IMG/VR virus record: IMGVR_UViG_3300027365_000007
Direction: 5' to 3' (one strand)
Source of the DNA: a virus
Taxonomy: Duplodnaviria > Caudoviricetes
Length of the DNA stretch: 64,000 nt
Shown here: one piece after another, positions 39,185 to 48,985 of the stretch
Layout: the number at the start of each line of letters is the position of its first letter
How positions within the stretch are numbered: position 1 is the first letter of the stretch
The notes under the pieces: generated by a model
The model's input: the letters and a program-made list of their open reading frames with translations, nothing else
What the model was told of the DNA's origin: nothing
The model's database searches: none
Translations under genes and position numbers: made by a program

Positions 39185-39975
39185 TTTTTATTATTTTTGT
39201 ATTTTCTTAATAGATTCAATGTATAGTATTTCATGCTATGTGATTTAGCAGCAGTGAATAATTTATAAAAGATTGCAATTTTAGTGAGATATAAGAATGG
39301 AAGTATAATACCTTTTCTATCTTTATGATCGTCACTTACATTGCCACGCTTTAATAATAGTTCTTTACCATAAGCGTCGTCGTATAAAAGAGATGGGAAT
39401 TGTGGTATCAGATCTCCATCCATACGATATTTATAGATCGTAGTTTTCTCACAACCATCGTAAAATTTAGATTTGGCAAGACATGGGGCACCAAAAGTTA
39501 TAACGGTAGATGTATACCCTGATTCGCAACCCACGTATTTAGCAAGTACACCACCTAGTGAGTGTCCTGTTAGGATGATCTCATATCCTTTGGTATGTGC
39601 ATGCTTAAGATCTTTTTTCATGGATTTATGAATGTCACTACCTGCACGTAAATACCCACTATGTCCTTTGGTGGATTTGACACTTTTAGGCCATAATCTT
39701 AAGCTTATGATTAAATCCATCCATTCATCTTTGAAACGCTTAATATCAGTACCACGTACTACAAAAAAAGCTTTCATATTCGTTTCATCAAACGCCACAT
39801 AATATTGAAGTGTGTCGAACGAAGATGATTTGAAGTAACTCATATCGAAGCGTTCAGAAAGCCATTTTTGCTGAGTGTCATTAGATTGGTATGAAATCGT
39901 ACATAAGTAACTGCATAGAAGAGCTACATCATCTATATTATTGTGATCTAAGTTATTAATGTCTTGACGATTCAT
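39181..39975 (-). CDS. class 3 lipase (alpha/beta hydrolase)
   Basis: VVRGT, GHSGY, ILTGHSLGG (GxSxG), ITFGAP, GDLIPQFP (Asp), SHSM (His). Confidence 0.88.
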   Translation of the reverse strand: MNRQDINNLDHNNIDDVALLCSYLCTISYQSNDTQQKWLSERFDMSYFKSSSFDTLQYYVAFDETNMKAFFVVRGTDIKRFKDEWMDLIISLRLWPKSVKSTKGHSGYLRAGSDIHKSMKKDLKHAHTKGYEIILTGHSLGGVLAKYVGCESGYTSTVITFGAPCLAKSKFYDGCEKTTIYKYRMDGDLIPQFPSLLYDDAYGKELLLKRGNVSDDHKDRKGIILPFLYLTKIAIFYKLFTAAKSHSMKYYTLNLLRKYKNNKK

Positions 39976-39976
39976 T

Positions 39977-41008
39977 TTAATCCTCCATTGGACACTGCTT
40001 GTTTAAATAACGAGTCAGTGATGACTTAGATGAATGTATTGCATAGCGGTTAGGAGCCATTTCAGGCACAGATCCTATAGAACCATGACCACACATACCG
40101 CCTAGTAGATAAACACCTGTAGAAACGCTGTCGGAGCCACTTAATGACTTGATATTTTTCTTTTTCATGGTGTCATAGCCTTTATACACGGCACTGTCTC
40201 TAAACCAGTTGTCTTTTTTAAATTTACAAGACATTCCACGATCTTTAAGCTTTTTATTAAGTTCGCGCAATGATTTATTTGCGCTTGATTTTAGCTTTTG
40301 TCTAGCTTGTGCTTGACTTTTAGCATTAGTCACTAGTACGTTTTTGAAATTTTTATGAGGTACCTTATCTGATTTGTTATTATCATAGATTGATAACTCA
40401 ACAATCATATAATATTGGTCAGGTTCCATTTTACGCCCTTCGTTCAGTCCCTCTAATTCATAGTTTGCCTCAAGCATCTCAAGAACCGCTTCAGTTGCAG
40501 TTTTTTCGATTTTCGCATTACGGTCGTAGAAGGAATCTATTTGTCTTTCAACAACATCGTTCATATCCAAGACTTCACGAATTAAAGGAGCCCCTTTATA
40601 TTCACTGTGCATTTCCAATACACGATCCAAAGATTTCTTGAAGAATTGGTAGTTTGACTTCAATTTATCATTAGTCTCAATAACCGATTTCTTAAATCGA
40701 GCAAGTTCTTTTACAGTTTCTTCAGGACTCGAATGTAAAAGCTTTCCTATACCCATAAGAGAAGGACGGTCTGGGTCAGATTTTCTAGCCGCATTATCAA
40801 AAGCGAGAATGGTTCTTATTACGGGAATTATGTGGTAATACTTATCAATAAAATCTTTTATTTCTTTTTCAACTGCAAGTTTTGGGCGGTTGTTTTGAAT
40901 ACGTTCGTTAATGTATTTTGCTTCATTAACCATCTTCCCGTATAGATTTTCAATACTTTCGTCAAGAATGTATTTTTCTTTTTGTTGGTTAATCTGGTGT
41001 AAACGCAT
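39977..41008 (-). CDS. hypothetical protein, possible internal head protein
   Basis: Likely start ATG 41008 (MRLHQI) after AAGGA; ILDES, VNEA and LNEG sites; late promoter upstream. Confidence 0.65.
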   Translation of the reverse strand: MRLHQINQQKEKYILDESIENLYGKMVNEAKYINERIQNNRPKLAVEKEIKDFIDKYYHIIPVIRTILAFDNAARKSDPDRPSLMGIGKLLHSSPEETVKELARFKKSVIETNDKLKSNYQFFKKSLDRVLEMHSEYKGAPLIREVLDMNDVVERQIDSFYDRNAKIEKTATEAVLEMLEANYELEGLNEGRKMEPDQYYMIVELSIYDNNKSDKVPHKNFKNVLVTNAKSQAQARQKLKSSANKSLRELNKKLKDRGMSCKFKKDNWFRDSAVYKGYDTMKKKNIKSLSGSDSVSTGVYLLGGMCGHGSIGSVPEMAPNRYAIHSSKSSLTRYLNKQCPMED

Positions 41009-41044
41009 ATAGTTATCCTTCATGTTTTGTATTATAAAATTAGT

Positions 41045-41060
41045 TATAAATATATTTATA
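41045..41060. promoter_or_regulatory. back-to-back late promoters forming a 16-bp palindrome
   Basis: TATAAATATATTTATA gives TATAAATA on both strands between divergent genes. Confidence 0.7.
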
Positions 41061-41076
41061 TTACAAGCATAAATGA

Positions 41077-41466
41077 GTGGATTATGAGTATTACAATGTG
41101 GTCGTTATATCCATTCTATCTAATGGAAAACTTATGAAAGAACACTTATCAATAGATGAAATAAAAGATATTTTAGAAAAAATAGATGGAGAGTGCGTTC
41201 CTTTAGTTTTTATAGATCACATTGATATTTTTTACAATAATGGATCGGTGAAATCTATTGAAGGAGCGCGTATTAAACGGTTATTCCCAGAGATAAAGAA
41301 TACTACAATGGGTATACTGAAACACAACAACGATATTGTTGAAATTAATGTTAAGGTAGATATGGTTAGAATTCATTCTTTCCTTAACGCATTGTGCACA
41401 CAAGTAGACGAGTTGAGGAAGGACGAAGTTATAAAGTTTTTAGAGCAGAATAAAAAAGGGGGTTAA
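41077..41466 (+). CDS. hypothetical protein
   Basis: 129-aa ORF ending at a terminator hairpin. Confidence 0.6.
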   Translation: MDYEYYNVVVISILSNGKLMKEHLSIDEIKDILEKIDGECVPLVFIDHIDIFYNNGSVKSIEGARIKRLFPEIKNTTMGILKHNNDIVEINVKVDMVRIHSFLNALCTQVDELRKDEVIKFLEQNKKGG

Positions 41467-41478
41467 TACCCCCTAAAA
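41452..41478. terminator. terminator between convergent genes
   Basis: AAAAAAGGGGG-ttaata-CCCCCTAAAA. Confidence 0.65.
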
Positions 41479-41481
41479 ATG

Positions 41482-42435
41482 TTATTTTTTATCGTCAGCC
41501 TTCTCACGTTCTTTCTCAGCTTTACGCTGTTTTCGCTTCCCAGCGGTTTCTAACGCTTTAGTAGCTTCAGACTCGGTAAGGTCGTATCGATTCATCATGC
41601 GAGTGATGAAACTATCCTTCGTCTTGCTTTTCACGGCCTTTTCTAGAGACTCAATGCGATTCACAATCTCCTGAGTATCAGGCATTTCAGAACCCTCGTC
41701 TGTTACACCATAACCTTCCAGTGGAGTCTGGACTGCTTCTTGCGATCCTTCTTGTGTGTTTGAACCATCCGCTTCAGGGTGGTATTCTCCACCTTCAAGT
41801 ACGGTAACGCCGGGTACCTTGGATAGATCAACCGCATCAGACGGCATGGGAGCATCTTGATTAGATACTACATTCTCTGTAACACTAGCCTCGGCTGATT
41901 CGTTCAGAGGTTGTGAAGCATCTTTGTGCTGGTTTCCTGTGCGCTCAATAGCAGCCGGTTGAATGTTTTGTTCATTCATAGAAGCATCGCTGTACGTAGA
42001 AGAAATTGTGTTCTGATATTCAATCTTCTTCTCATTTTCTTTACGAATCTCGTTGTTAATATCAACGACCGCAATTTTTTGTTGATAACCACCTTGACCA
42101 ATAACTACGGACACGTCGGATGCTGGTACTTTACTGATCTGGCGCATACGATGTAGCCATTGAAGGACATTTTCACCATTACGAAAAACCGTTTTAGTGG
42201 CATAGTCCATAAAGGTGTGATATGATCTAAGTTCCGGGTTCATAACCATTTCTTCTAGCTGGGATTTGAAATCAAATTCCATAGTTTGTAGGTCAACTAC
42301 AAGTGAATGGTCATAGTCAATATCTCTTAGGTTTTCGGAAGTTTGTACATATGGTGATAGAATAAGAACTCTACGTACTTGTTTTGACTGATCACTAAAA
42401 GTGATGACAGCTTCACCGATAAAACGATCTTGCAT
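41482..42435 (-). CDS. hypothetical protein with a low-complexity acidic C-terminal half
   Basis: 317 aa; SD GAGG. Confidence 0.7.
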   Translation of the reverse strand: MQDRFIGEAVITFSDQSKQVRRVLILSPYVQTSENLRDIDYDHSLVVDLQTMEFDFKSQLEEMVMNPELRSYHTFMDYATKTVFRNGENVLQWLHRMRQISKVPASDVSVVIGQGGYQQKIAVVDINNEIRKENEKKIEYQNTISSTYSDASMNEQNIQPAAIERTGNQHKDASQPLNESAEASVTENVVSNQDAPMPSDAVDLSKVPGVTVLEGGEYHPEADGSNTQEGSQEAVQTPLEGYGVTDEGSEMPDTQEIVNRIESLEKAVKSKTKDSFITRMMNRYDLTESEATKALETAGKRKQRKAEKEREKADDKK

Positions 42436-42505
42436 AGCTATATTTCCTCTTTATTATTTTAATACTATGTGATGACAATACAGCGGGTAATACCCGCTGT
42501 ATGGA

Positions 42506-42751
42506 TTAGCCTTCTTTTGAATCACCGTCTTTTTTATCTTCAGACTGTTCGCCTTCCTCAGCCTCTTTTTGTTCAGGTGCGTTATGGCTTAGGAAATTGC
42601 TTACACGGTCATATACACGACCAACTGGGCTCATTTCCTCGGCGCGGAACGCACCACGAGAGCTTGCAATCGAAATGATACGCTGAATCATTTGAATGTC
42701 TTCAAGGGTAATTTTCGGCTCTTCAACTTGGTTTTTGTTTTCTTCACTCAT
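42506..42751 (-). CDS. small conserved phage protein
   Basis: ITLEDI...IISIASSRGAFRAEEM..VG.VY, a pattern recalled from T4-like phage hypotheticals; SD AGGAG. Confidence 0.7.
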   Translation of the reverse strand: MSEENKNQVEEPKITLEDIQMIQRIISIASSRGAFRAEEMSPVGRVYDRVSNFLSHNAPEQKEAEEGEQSEDKKDGDSKEG

Positions 42752-42802
42752 TAAGTTTCTCCTGTTTATTATTAATTATGTGAACAATCATCTCACAGAT
42801 TG

Positions 42803-45502
42803 TTATATTGTCAAGTAGTCTTTTAATACTTTTTCTATATCTGACAGATCAATAATGTGTTTTACAACCTCAGACATTTCAACTACCGTTTTCGGTGGGA
42901 TATATGCTGAGAAGTTCACCATATTTAGTAGTGATTTCACTATTGAAAAATTATCACAGTTTTGAATTGTGTCAAATACTTTCTTAAACACTAACAAACT
43001 CTCACCGCCATCGTCTAAAACCCCAATAGATGATACAATTCCATCAAAAGAATTCATATTTGTGTCTTTGGGTACACGTCCTTGTGCTATATCTATCATA
43101 TCTAGGGTTTTCATGGTTTTGATAAAATTCATAATATTTCTAAGCACTGAGATATTATCACGGCATCGACTTTCTTCAATATCGTTCGCATTATTTAGTT
43201 TAGTGCGTTCTCTTTCGACTAATTCAATAGAAGCAGACTTAATATCCATCATATTAACAGGAATTGTATTTATCAAATTCATTGCATTGACTTTTTCTGT
43301 GAAATAATCTTCGAAAAAGATAATCTTATCATTGTCTATGAATTCATGAATTTTATCATAATGTTCAGAATCGCATACGATAACGGCACCGCCAACTGGA
43401 AGTAGACGTGTAAAGGAGTCTTGTATCAACTCTCTTTTGTTAAGTTCCTTAAAGTCTTTATTATATGATGTGATATTCATTGAAATATCACGTCCAAATG
43501 GCTGTCCATATTCGCACGACGAGAAATTAAATCTTACATAATTACCGTCGTTGGTATATGCACAATGACTAAAACGTTTATTATCTAAACGTACTACGTA
43601 TACGGCATCTGCATCACGGGTGATTCTGGTAATATCATTAGACTGCATAGTCTTTTTATTTATATCATGGTGTGATGAGTAACCAAAATCGCCGTCGTTA
43701 TCATGTGTATTGACTAGGTGAATCCCTCGAATGCGTTTGCTTTTAGGCGATGATCTTTTGCGACGTTTTTGTTCTTTGATATCATCGATTTCATTCTTAT
43801 ATTTTTTGACCAAATCCGAGATTTTAAAGAAATTAGTAATACCGTCAGTACGGAAGTGCTGACAAAGATCATCAACGTCATCCAAATCACACGAGATCAT
43901 AATAATTGTGTAGTCTTTATAATCTTCATCTTGACGCAACAGATATGAAGGTACTTTAAATCCTTTATTCATATCCTTGATTACAAAGATGTTGGTTTTA
44001 TCACCCAGTAGTCTATTAACATGCTTTTTGACTACAGAGGATGATGGTTCAATACCTACAGCCATAGGTATACGCGCAATATCAAACTCAACTTTAGTTG
44101 TGTTAGGTACCACTAGTTCGTGTATATGTAGTGATCTTCTATGTACTTGTGTAATGAATTCTGTTGTTGCACAATCCTTCTCAAAATATGAGATGGTGTC
44201 GAAAATATTTGGAATTGATTTAAAATCATCCTTCTTAGAAATCCAGCGATAAACCATATCCTTGGTAATACCAAGACGTTTTTCAAAATCAGAAAAAACT
44301 TTATCACTATCTTTAACTTGAATGATATCTAAGAATACATCTATTGTATGGGTGTTATAGTCATAGTTCTCAGGTAAAAGACCTTTGTTAATATATGTAG
44401 TGATCTTACCGTCTAGTGCGGGACCATACGAAGCTATATCCTTTGCTAACGTAGACACAACGAAGTTCCGCTTCACAGTATTCTTAATAGTTGAACATTC
44501 AAGTAAATCATGAATAAGTTGGGTAATCTCACGCTCTAGATTGTGTTGGGCGTTGAAGATCTCTGAATGTTTAGATAGTGCAAACCTCCCATCGTCATCA
44601 ATTCTATCACGTGAGCGATTAATGGGTAATGGTGCATCAAGTTCACTCTCATCAATAAGATAAATTTGTTCTACGCGCTCCTGAATGAGTCTATTATTAC
44701 TGTAGTATGAGAGGTCTGGATATATAATGTTTTTGTATTTAAATGATACCGAATATTGTGGCGGTTTTGTATTAAATATTGAGTAATCAATATTCAGTAT
44801 ATTGTCGTAAATAAAAGAATTGTTTAAGAGTTTCTTGATATTGTTCACAAGAATCTTGTGGTTTCCGCCAATTTCTACGGACCTGTTACCTTCGTTACAA
44901 ATATAATAAGGAGCTAGAATACCGATTAAGTCTTTGAATCGTTCACTTTTAGGACTCGAAGTAAATGTCACAGGGACTGTAACTTCAGTTCCAGAATGTT
45001 CATCTGATTGATAAGAATGTACCAATTCGTATGAAGGAATCCCATCGGCATTAAGCATCAAAATGTAGAGATATGCTACCCCGCCATGAACTGTTTTCAT
45101 AGTATAGTAATCCATATCGTATTTGTGGTACTTAGTAATACAATTTGAATTTGTTTGTTCAATTGTATACAAGACACCATAAGGTGCTTTAGAGCCAATG
45201 CCAAATTCACCATCCATGTTAGTCACTTCGTTTTCATCATCTGACCTTTTTGTACTTTTGTACATTGCACTAAAAATACTTTCGATGAGGTTAGGTGACA
45301 TTCCCATACCAAAATCGCGTACCACGGTTGAATCAAAGTCGAAATAGACTTCAATTGGCCTACCAGCATTGCCTTCCTTGTTTGCATCAGATGCATTGGC
45401 AATGATTTCACGAACAGATGCTTTAACAGGATCTGTATAGATACTTTTTACTAATGTTTCAAACACTTCACGGTCTACTGAAGGAATTGTAATAGAAGGC
45501 AT
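42803..45502 (-). CDS. rIIA: rIIA-like protein (N-terminal GHKL/Hsp90-like ATPase)
   Basis: IYTDPVKASVREIIANASDA, VRDFGMGMS, STKRSD, GEFGIGSKAPY, GTEVTVPV, SRDRI. Confidence 0.8.
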   Translation of the reverse strand: MPSITIPSVDREVFETLVKSIYTDPVKASVREIIANASDANKEGNAGRPIEVYFDFDSTVVRDFGMGMSPNLIESIFSAMYKSTKRSDDENEVTNMDGEFGIGSKAPYGVLYTIEQTNSNCITKYHKYDMDYYTMKTVHGGVAYLYILMLNADGIPSYELVHSYQSDEHSGTEVTVPVTFTSSPKSERFKDLIGILAPYYICNEGNRSVEIGGNHKILVNNIKKLLNNSFIYDNILNIDYSIFNTKPPQYSVSFKYKNIIYPDLSYYSNNRLIQERVEQIYLIDESELDAPLPINRSRDRIDDDGRFALSKHSEIFNAQHNLEREITQLIHDLLECSTIKNTVKRNFVVSTLAKDIASYGPALDGKITTYINKGLLPENYDYNTHTIDVFLDIIQVKDSDKVFSDFEKRLGITKDMVYRWISKKDDFKSIPNIFDTISYFEKDCATTEFITQVHRRSLHIHELVVPNTTKVEFDIARIPMAVGIEPSSSVVKKHVNRLLGDKTNIFVIKDMNKGFKVPSYLLRQDEDYKDYTIIMISCDLDDVDDLCQHFRTDGITNFFKISDLVKKYKNEIDDIKEQKRRKRSSPKSKRIRGIHLVNTHDNDGDFGYSSHHDINKKTMQSNDITRITRDADAVYVVRLDNKRFSHCAYTNDGNYVRFNFSSCEYGQPFGRDISMNITSYNKDFKELNKRELIQDSFTRLLPVGGAVIVCDSEHYDKIHEFIDNDKIIFFEDYFTEKVNAMNLINTIPVNMMDIKSASIELVERERTKLNNANDIEESRCRDNISVLRNIMNFIKTMKTLDMIDIAQGRVPKDTNMNSFDGIVSSIGVLDDGGESLLVFKKVFDTIQNCDNFSIVKSLLNMVNFSAYIPPKTVVEMSEVVKHIIDLSDIEKVLKDYLTI

Positions 45503-45531
45503 GAATTTCTCTTCTCTCTTTCATTTGTCTA

Positions 45532-45583
45532 TTGACGAATTAATAACTTGGGGTAGTATACAGATTCTACTATTGATTGGCAA
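45532..45583. promoter_or_regulatory. overlapping divergent sigma70-like promoters
   Basis: Minus: TTGCCA-N17-TATACT (45583-45555). Plus: TTGACG-N16-TAGTAT (45532-45559). Confidence 0.5.
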
Positions 45584-45603
45584 TAACATTGTGGAGAAAA
45601 ATT

Positions 45604-45987
45604 ATGAGTAGTAAACGTACAGGATTGATGATTTACGTAGTACATCCTAGAATTTTGTCTAAAAAAGAAGACAAGAAGTGGGATGTATATGAAGAAGTAT
45701 ACGTTAGAAATGGAATCAAGAAAAACCTTTTAGAACGTTCAACTATTGTACTCGATTGCGCAAACATGACTGTATTCAAGAATCGTTCTGATCGTCAAGA
45801 TGATTTCTACACTATCGTATCATACTTAGCTAAAAGTCATCAACAGGTTGCTGAGTTCAAAGAGGTATACGATACTTTTATGAATCAAATGGAACAGGTA
45901 GAAGAAGAAATGCGTAAAGCCGCAGAAGCCGAGCCAGAATCAGCCTCAGAGGGTGAAGAAAATAGTACCTCTAATACTGAAGAATAA
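45604..45987 (+). CDS. hypothetical protein
   Basis: Likely start MSSKRTG after GGAG; acidic tail. Confidence 0.65.
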   Translation: MSSKRTGLMIYVVHPRILSKKEDKKWDVYEEVYVRNGIKKNLLERSTIVLDCANMTVFKNRSDRQDDFYTIVSYLAKSHQQVAEFKEVYDTFMNQMEQVEEEMRKAAEAEPESASEGEENSTSNTEE

Positions 45988-46054
45988 ATAAATTCGTGGT
46001 TAGAGATCACATATTTAATATAATTGTATAATAATAAAAAGAGGAATATCTAAA

Positions 46055-46441
46055 ATGACTAGTAAAGTTATTATCCGTATTGGTGAAAAATCCGACCAAA
46101 TTGAAAAAGAAAATATTTTTGAACGTGGTAATTATCGATTTTGTAAAAATCTTTCAGTAGTATTCGTGCAAGCAGGCATATACTATTTGATTGTAACGGA
46201 TGAAGAGATGATCAATAATCTTTATGATGCAACTGCCGAATCCCCTGAAAACGGTGATTACAGTGAAGCAGACCGTATTGTTGAAGATATGATCAAAGAT
46301 TATATTGCAAACAACTTTGATGACTTTAATAGTCGTGTTGAAAAAGCAGTAAAAACTGCACATGGTATTGGTGTAAAAAAGATGGCTACCAAACAACCAT
46401 CTCGTAGACAGCATACTCGTCGAAGAAATCAAGCAGCTTAA
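46055..46441 (+). CDS. hypothetical protein with a basic C-terminus
   Basis: SD GAGG; followed by a terminator. Confidence 0.65.
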   Translation: MTSKVIIRIGEKSDQIEKENIFERGNYRFCKNLSVVFVQAGIYYLIVTDEEMINNLYDATAESPENGDYSEADRIVEDMIKDYIANNFDDFNSRVEKAVKTAHGIGVKKMATKQPSRRQHTRRRNQAA

Positions 46442-46462
46442 ATACACTGCTCATACTGTTCT

Positions 46463-46496
46463 AAAGCCCTCGTAAGAGGGCTTTTTTGTATAAATA
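46463..46496 (+). terminator. terminator immediately followed by late promoter TATAAATA (46489-46496)
   Basis: AAAGCCCTC-gtaa-GAGGGCTTTTTT. Confidence 0.8.
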
Positions 46497-46520
46497 AACA
46501 AAAATGCGGGGTATGAACTG

Positions 46521-47069
46521 ATGAGAATTTTAGAAAATGATGCACAGCCATTTGAAGAAGGCATGAAGTCTTATATGGATGGTAAGGGTCTTGAGGCGTG
46601 TATATACAGACCGTATTCTGAAGGTGAAAATGAATGGATTCGCGGGTGGCGATATGCGAAGCAAGAGAGAATTTTAGAAAATCTTTCTGAAATATTAGAT
46701 GAGGATTACGACAATGACGATGATTTCTACCTAAACTATGGCTGGATGCCACTTGACGAAGACTCATATGGGTATTATGATGGTTCGCGTGTGAAGCTTG
46801 ACAATCCTAGATATAGCGACAAAGATGATGATAAACGCTTCGTTGTTTATGTTGATAGTGGCTCAAAGACATCGGATGGAAAAGTGAAAGCTAAGAAAAT
46901 AACATTCGGGTCGAAAAAAGGTTCGGAGCTACGGGTAAACAAAGATGATGAGGAAGCACGAAAAAACTTTATTGCTAGACACAATTGTAAATTCGCAAAC
47001 GATAAAAAGACTGCAAGATATTGGTCTTGTCGTGCACCTTTAAGTAAAACCGATGGGAAATTTTGGTAA
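46521..47069 (+). CDS. RMF-like N-terminal domain fused to a conserved phage C-terminal domain
   Basis: G...Y..G.....C.Y........W..GWR.A (residues 9-47); C-terminal KRFVVYV..KKITFG..ARKNFIARHNC..ARYWSC. Confidence 0.6.
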   Translation: MRILENDAQPFEEGMKSYMDGKGLEACIYRPYSEGENEWIRGWRYAKQERILENLSEILDEDYDNDDDFYLNYGWMPLDEDSYGYYDGSRVKLDNPRYSDKDDDKRFVVYVDSGSKTSDGKVKAKKITFGSKKGSELRVNKDDEEARKNFIARHNCKFANDKKTARYWSCRAPLSKTDGKFW

Positions 47070-47764
47070 TGAGTGAAAAAGTCTATGAACGTTTAGAAAA
47101 ATATTATGGTAAAGCTTTTAATATCGAACCAATAGAACATATATATGAAAAAACAATTCCGTATGACGTGTTTTATTACTTAAGGGATAGTGTTAATGAA
47201 CTTTTGTCCCGCCGTGCAATGTATACAAAGACTACTAACCCTGAGTACGAAACACTTGGGCTGACATATAACCCCTACCTTGACATTGATGGTTATAAGC
47301 AATATAGTCATAATTTACCGCTAGGTGCACATGGACGTGATGATACCCATGCATTTGTACGCCCTCTCCCTGAATCAGAATTTCTATATAATATCTGTGA
47401 ATTTACCCCTGTTAGAGCAAAGATAACAAGGATGAGTGGGCGATTCACGACTAGTGAATGGCATTATGACGAGCCTATTGATGAATGTATAAAAGTTATC
47501 ATACCCACAAAAACGGATAACGAATGCTACTTTCAGTATGAAAACCATAAACCTATACGCTTGGAAATAGGCAAGGCATATTTCTTTGACTCATCATTTC
47601 ATCACCGCTTTATCTATGGTAACTGTGAAACTGATGAAGTACATATTGTATTTGGCCTGTCAACGAAATTTTCATATGATTATTCAAGAAACCATTGGTA
47701 TTATGATGAAGATCGAAGCAAAAAGACGATTAAGGATTTAATTGACGAAAGTGTGATGTTTTGA
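47063..47764 (+). CDS. 2OG-Fe(II) oxygenase (Asp/Asn beta-hydroxylase-like)
   Basis: WHYD...VIIPTKT...GKAYFFDSSFHH...HIVF (HxD...H). Confidence 0.7.
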   Translation: MVMSEKVYERLEKYYGKAFNIEPIEHIYEKTIPYDVFYYLRDSVNELLSRRAMYTKTTNPEYETLGLTYNPYLDIDGYKQYSHNLPLGAHGRDDTHAFVRPLPESEFLYNICEFTPVRAKITRMSGRFTTSEWHYDEPIDECIKVIIPTKTDNECYFQYENHKPIRLEIGKAYFFDSSFHHRFIYGNCETDEVHIVFGLSTKFSYDYSRNHWYYDEDRSKKTIKDLIDESVMF

Positions 47765-47800
47765 TACTCTATTGTAATTAATTTCTATAAAGAGGGCACA

Positions 47801-48379
47801 ATGCAAAAAATCATTACTGATATAGATGATACAGCTTTAAACTACACTAAAGGTCTTTTAGAGTTCGCAAACATTCAATATCCTCATGGTCAACAATTTA
47901 GTAACATTTCTGATTTTCTTACAAGTACACACGGGTATACTTCGAACGAAACCACTGAATTGATTCAGACGTTTAACACCTCCGAAAACTTTAAACACCT
48001 TGAACCATTACAAGGTGCTGACACGGTTTTGAAGAACTTACATAATGATGGTGTTAAAATTTCTGTTATAACAGCATGTGGAGATGATAAAGTCACCCGT
48101 GAGTTACGGTATTACAACCTAAGAAACGTCTTTGGGGATATATTCGAAAACATCATATTTTTACCGTTGGGTGCTAGAAAACTATATAACCTAATGCCAT
48201 ACATGGATAGAAATCCTGTGTTTATTGAAGATTCGTTAATCCATTATAAAGACGGTGTGGTTCTTGGCTTTGACAGCTATATGATTAAAGGACCAATGAA
48301 TGCTAAAGAAATTGATGACACAAATCATTTTACACATTGGGATGAGTTTTACAAACGTTATCATGAAAACCATATCTAA
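47801..48379 (+). CDS. HAD hydrolase, 5'(3')-deoxyribonucleotidase-like
   Basis: IITDIDDTAL, ISVITA, VFIED. Confidence 0.78.
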   Translation: MQKIITDIDDTALNYTKGLLEFANIQYPHGQQFSNISDFLTSTHGYTSNETTELIQTFNTSENFKHLEPLQGADTVLKNLHNDGVKISVITACGDDKVTRELRYYNLRNVFGDIFENIIFLPLGARKLYNLMPYMDRNPVFIEDSLIHYKDGVVLGFDSYMIKGPMNAKEIDDTNHFTHWDEFYKRYHENHI

Positions 48380-48421
48380 AACTCCATAAATAAACATATA
48401 AGTATATGGAGTTTAAAGACT

Positions 48422-48985
48422 ATGAATGATATAAGAATTATTTCTAAAAATGAGTTGTCAGTAAGTGACATTAAAACTGTAATACGTGTAATAAATGATG
48501 CATCTGGTAAAGAACTAATAACCATTTCTAAAGACAAGCCTTTGGCTAAGAAGTATACATTAGATGATGGATACACTGTCTATACGTTTGATATTAATGA
48601 GTCAGTAGATGGTGATGAATCTGATAGTATTATTGGTGGACTATATAACACTCTTACCTTCGATTTCGTTGCTGAGATCAATTCCGACATAGTTGAGTAT
48701 GACGATGATATTGAAGAATCTATCGAAGAATCTGAGCCCGTTAAGCATGCACGATGGGTTCAGGAACAAGTAGATGAAGGATGGTCATACGGCTTACAAT
48801 TCGATGAATCAAACAAAAAGAATCCGTACATAAGACCCTATCACCAATTGACTAAAACCCAAAAAAGAGTAATGGGAAAGAGTAAATCGAAATTGGGATA
48901 TTATGGATTATACTTCCCGTATATTGCGGGTGGTAATAATGATAACGACAATGGCTCTGACGCCGGGGGTGATGGTGGCGAATGA
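48422..48985 (+). CDS. protein with a C-terminal RyR-like domain
   Basis: KHARWVQEQVDEGWSYG..FDESNKKNPYIRPYHQL; CATAAATA box at 48384-48391. Confidence 0.65.
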   Translation: MNDIRIISKNELSVSDIKTVIRVINDASGKELITISKDKPLAKKYTLDDGYTVYTFDINESVDGDESDSIIGGLYNTLTFDFVAEINSDIVEYDDDIEESIEESEPVKHARWVQEQVDEGWSYGLQFDESNKKNPYIRPYHQLTKTQKRVMGKSKSKLGYYGLYFPYIAGGNNDNDNGSDAGGDGGE

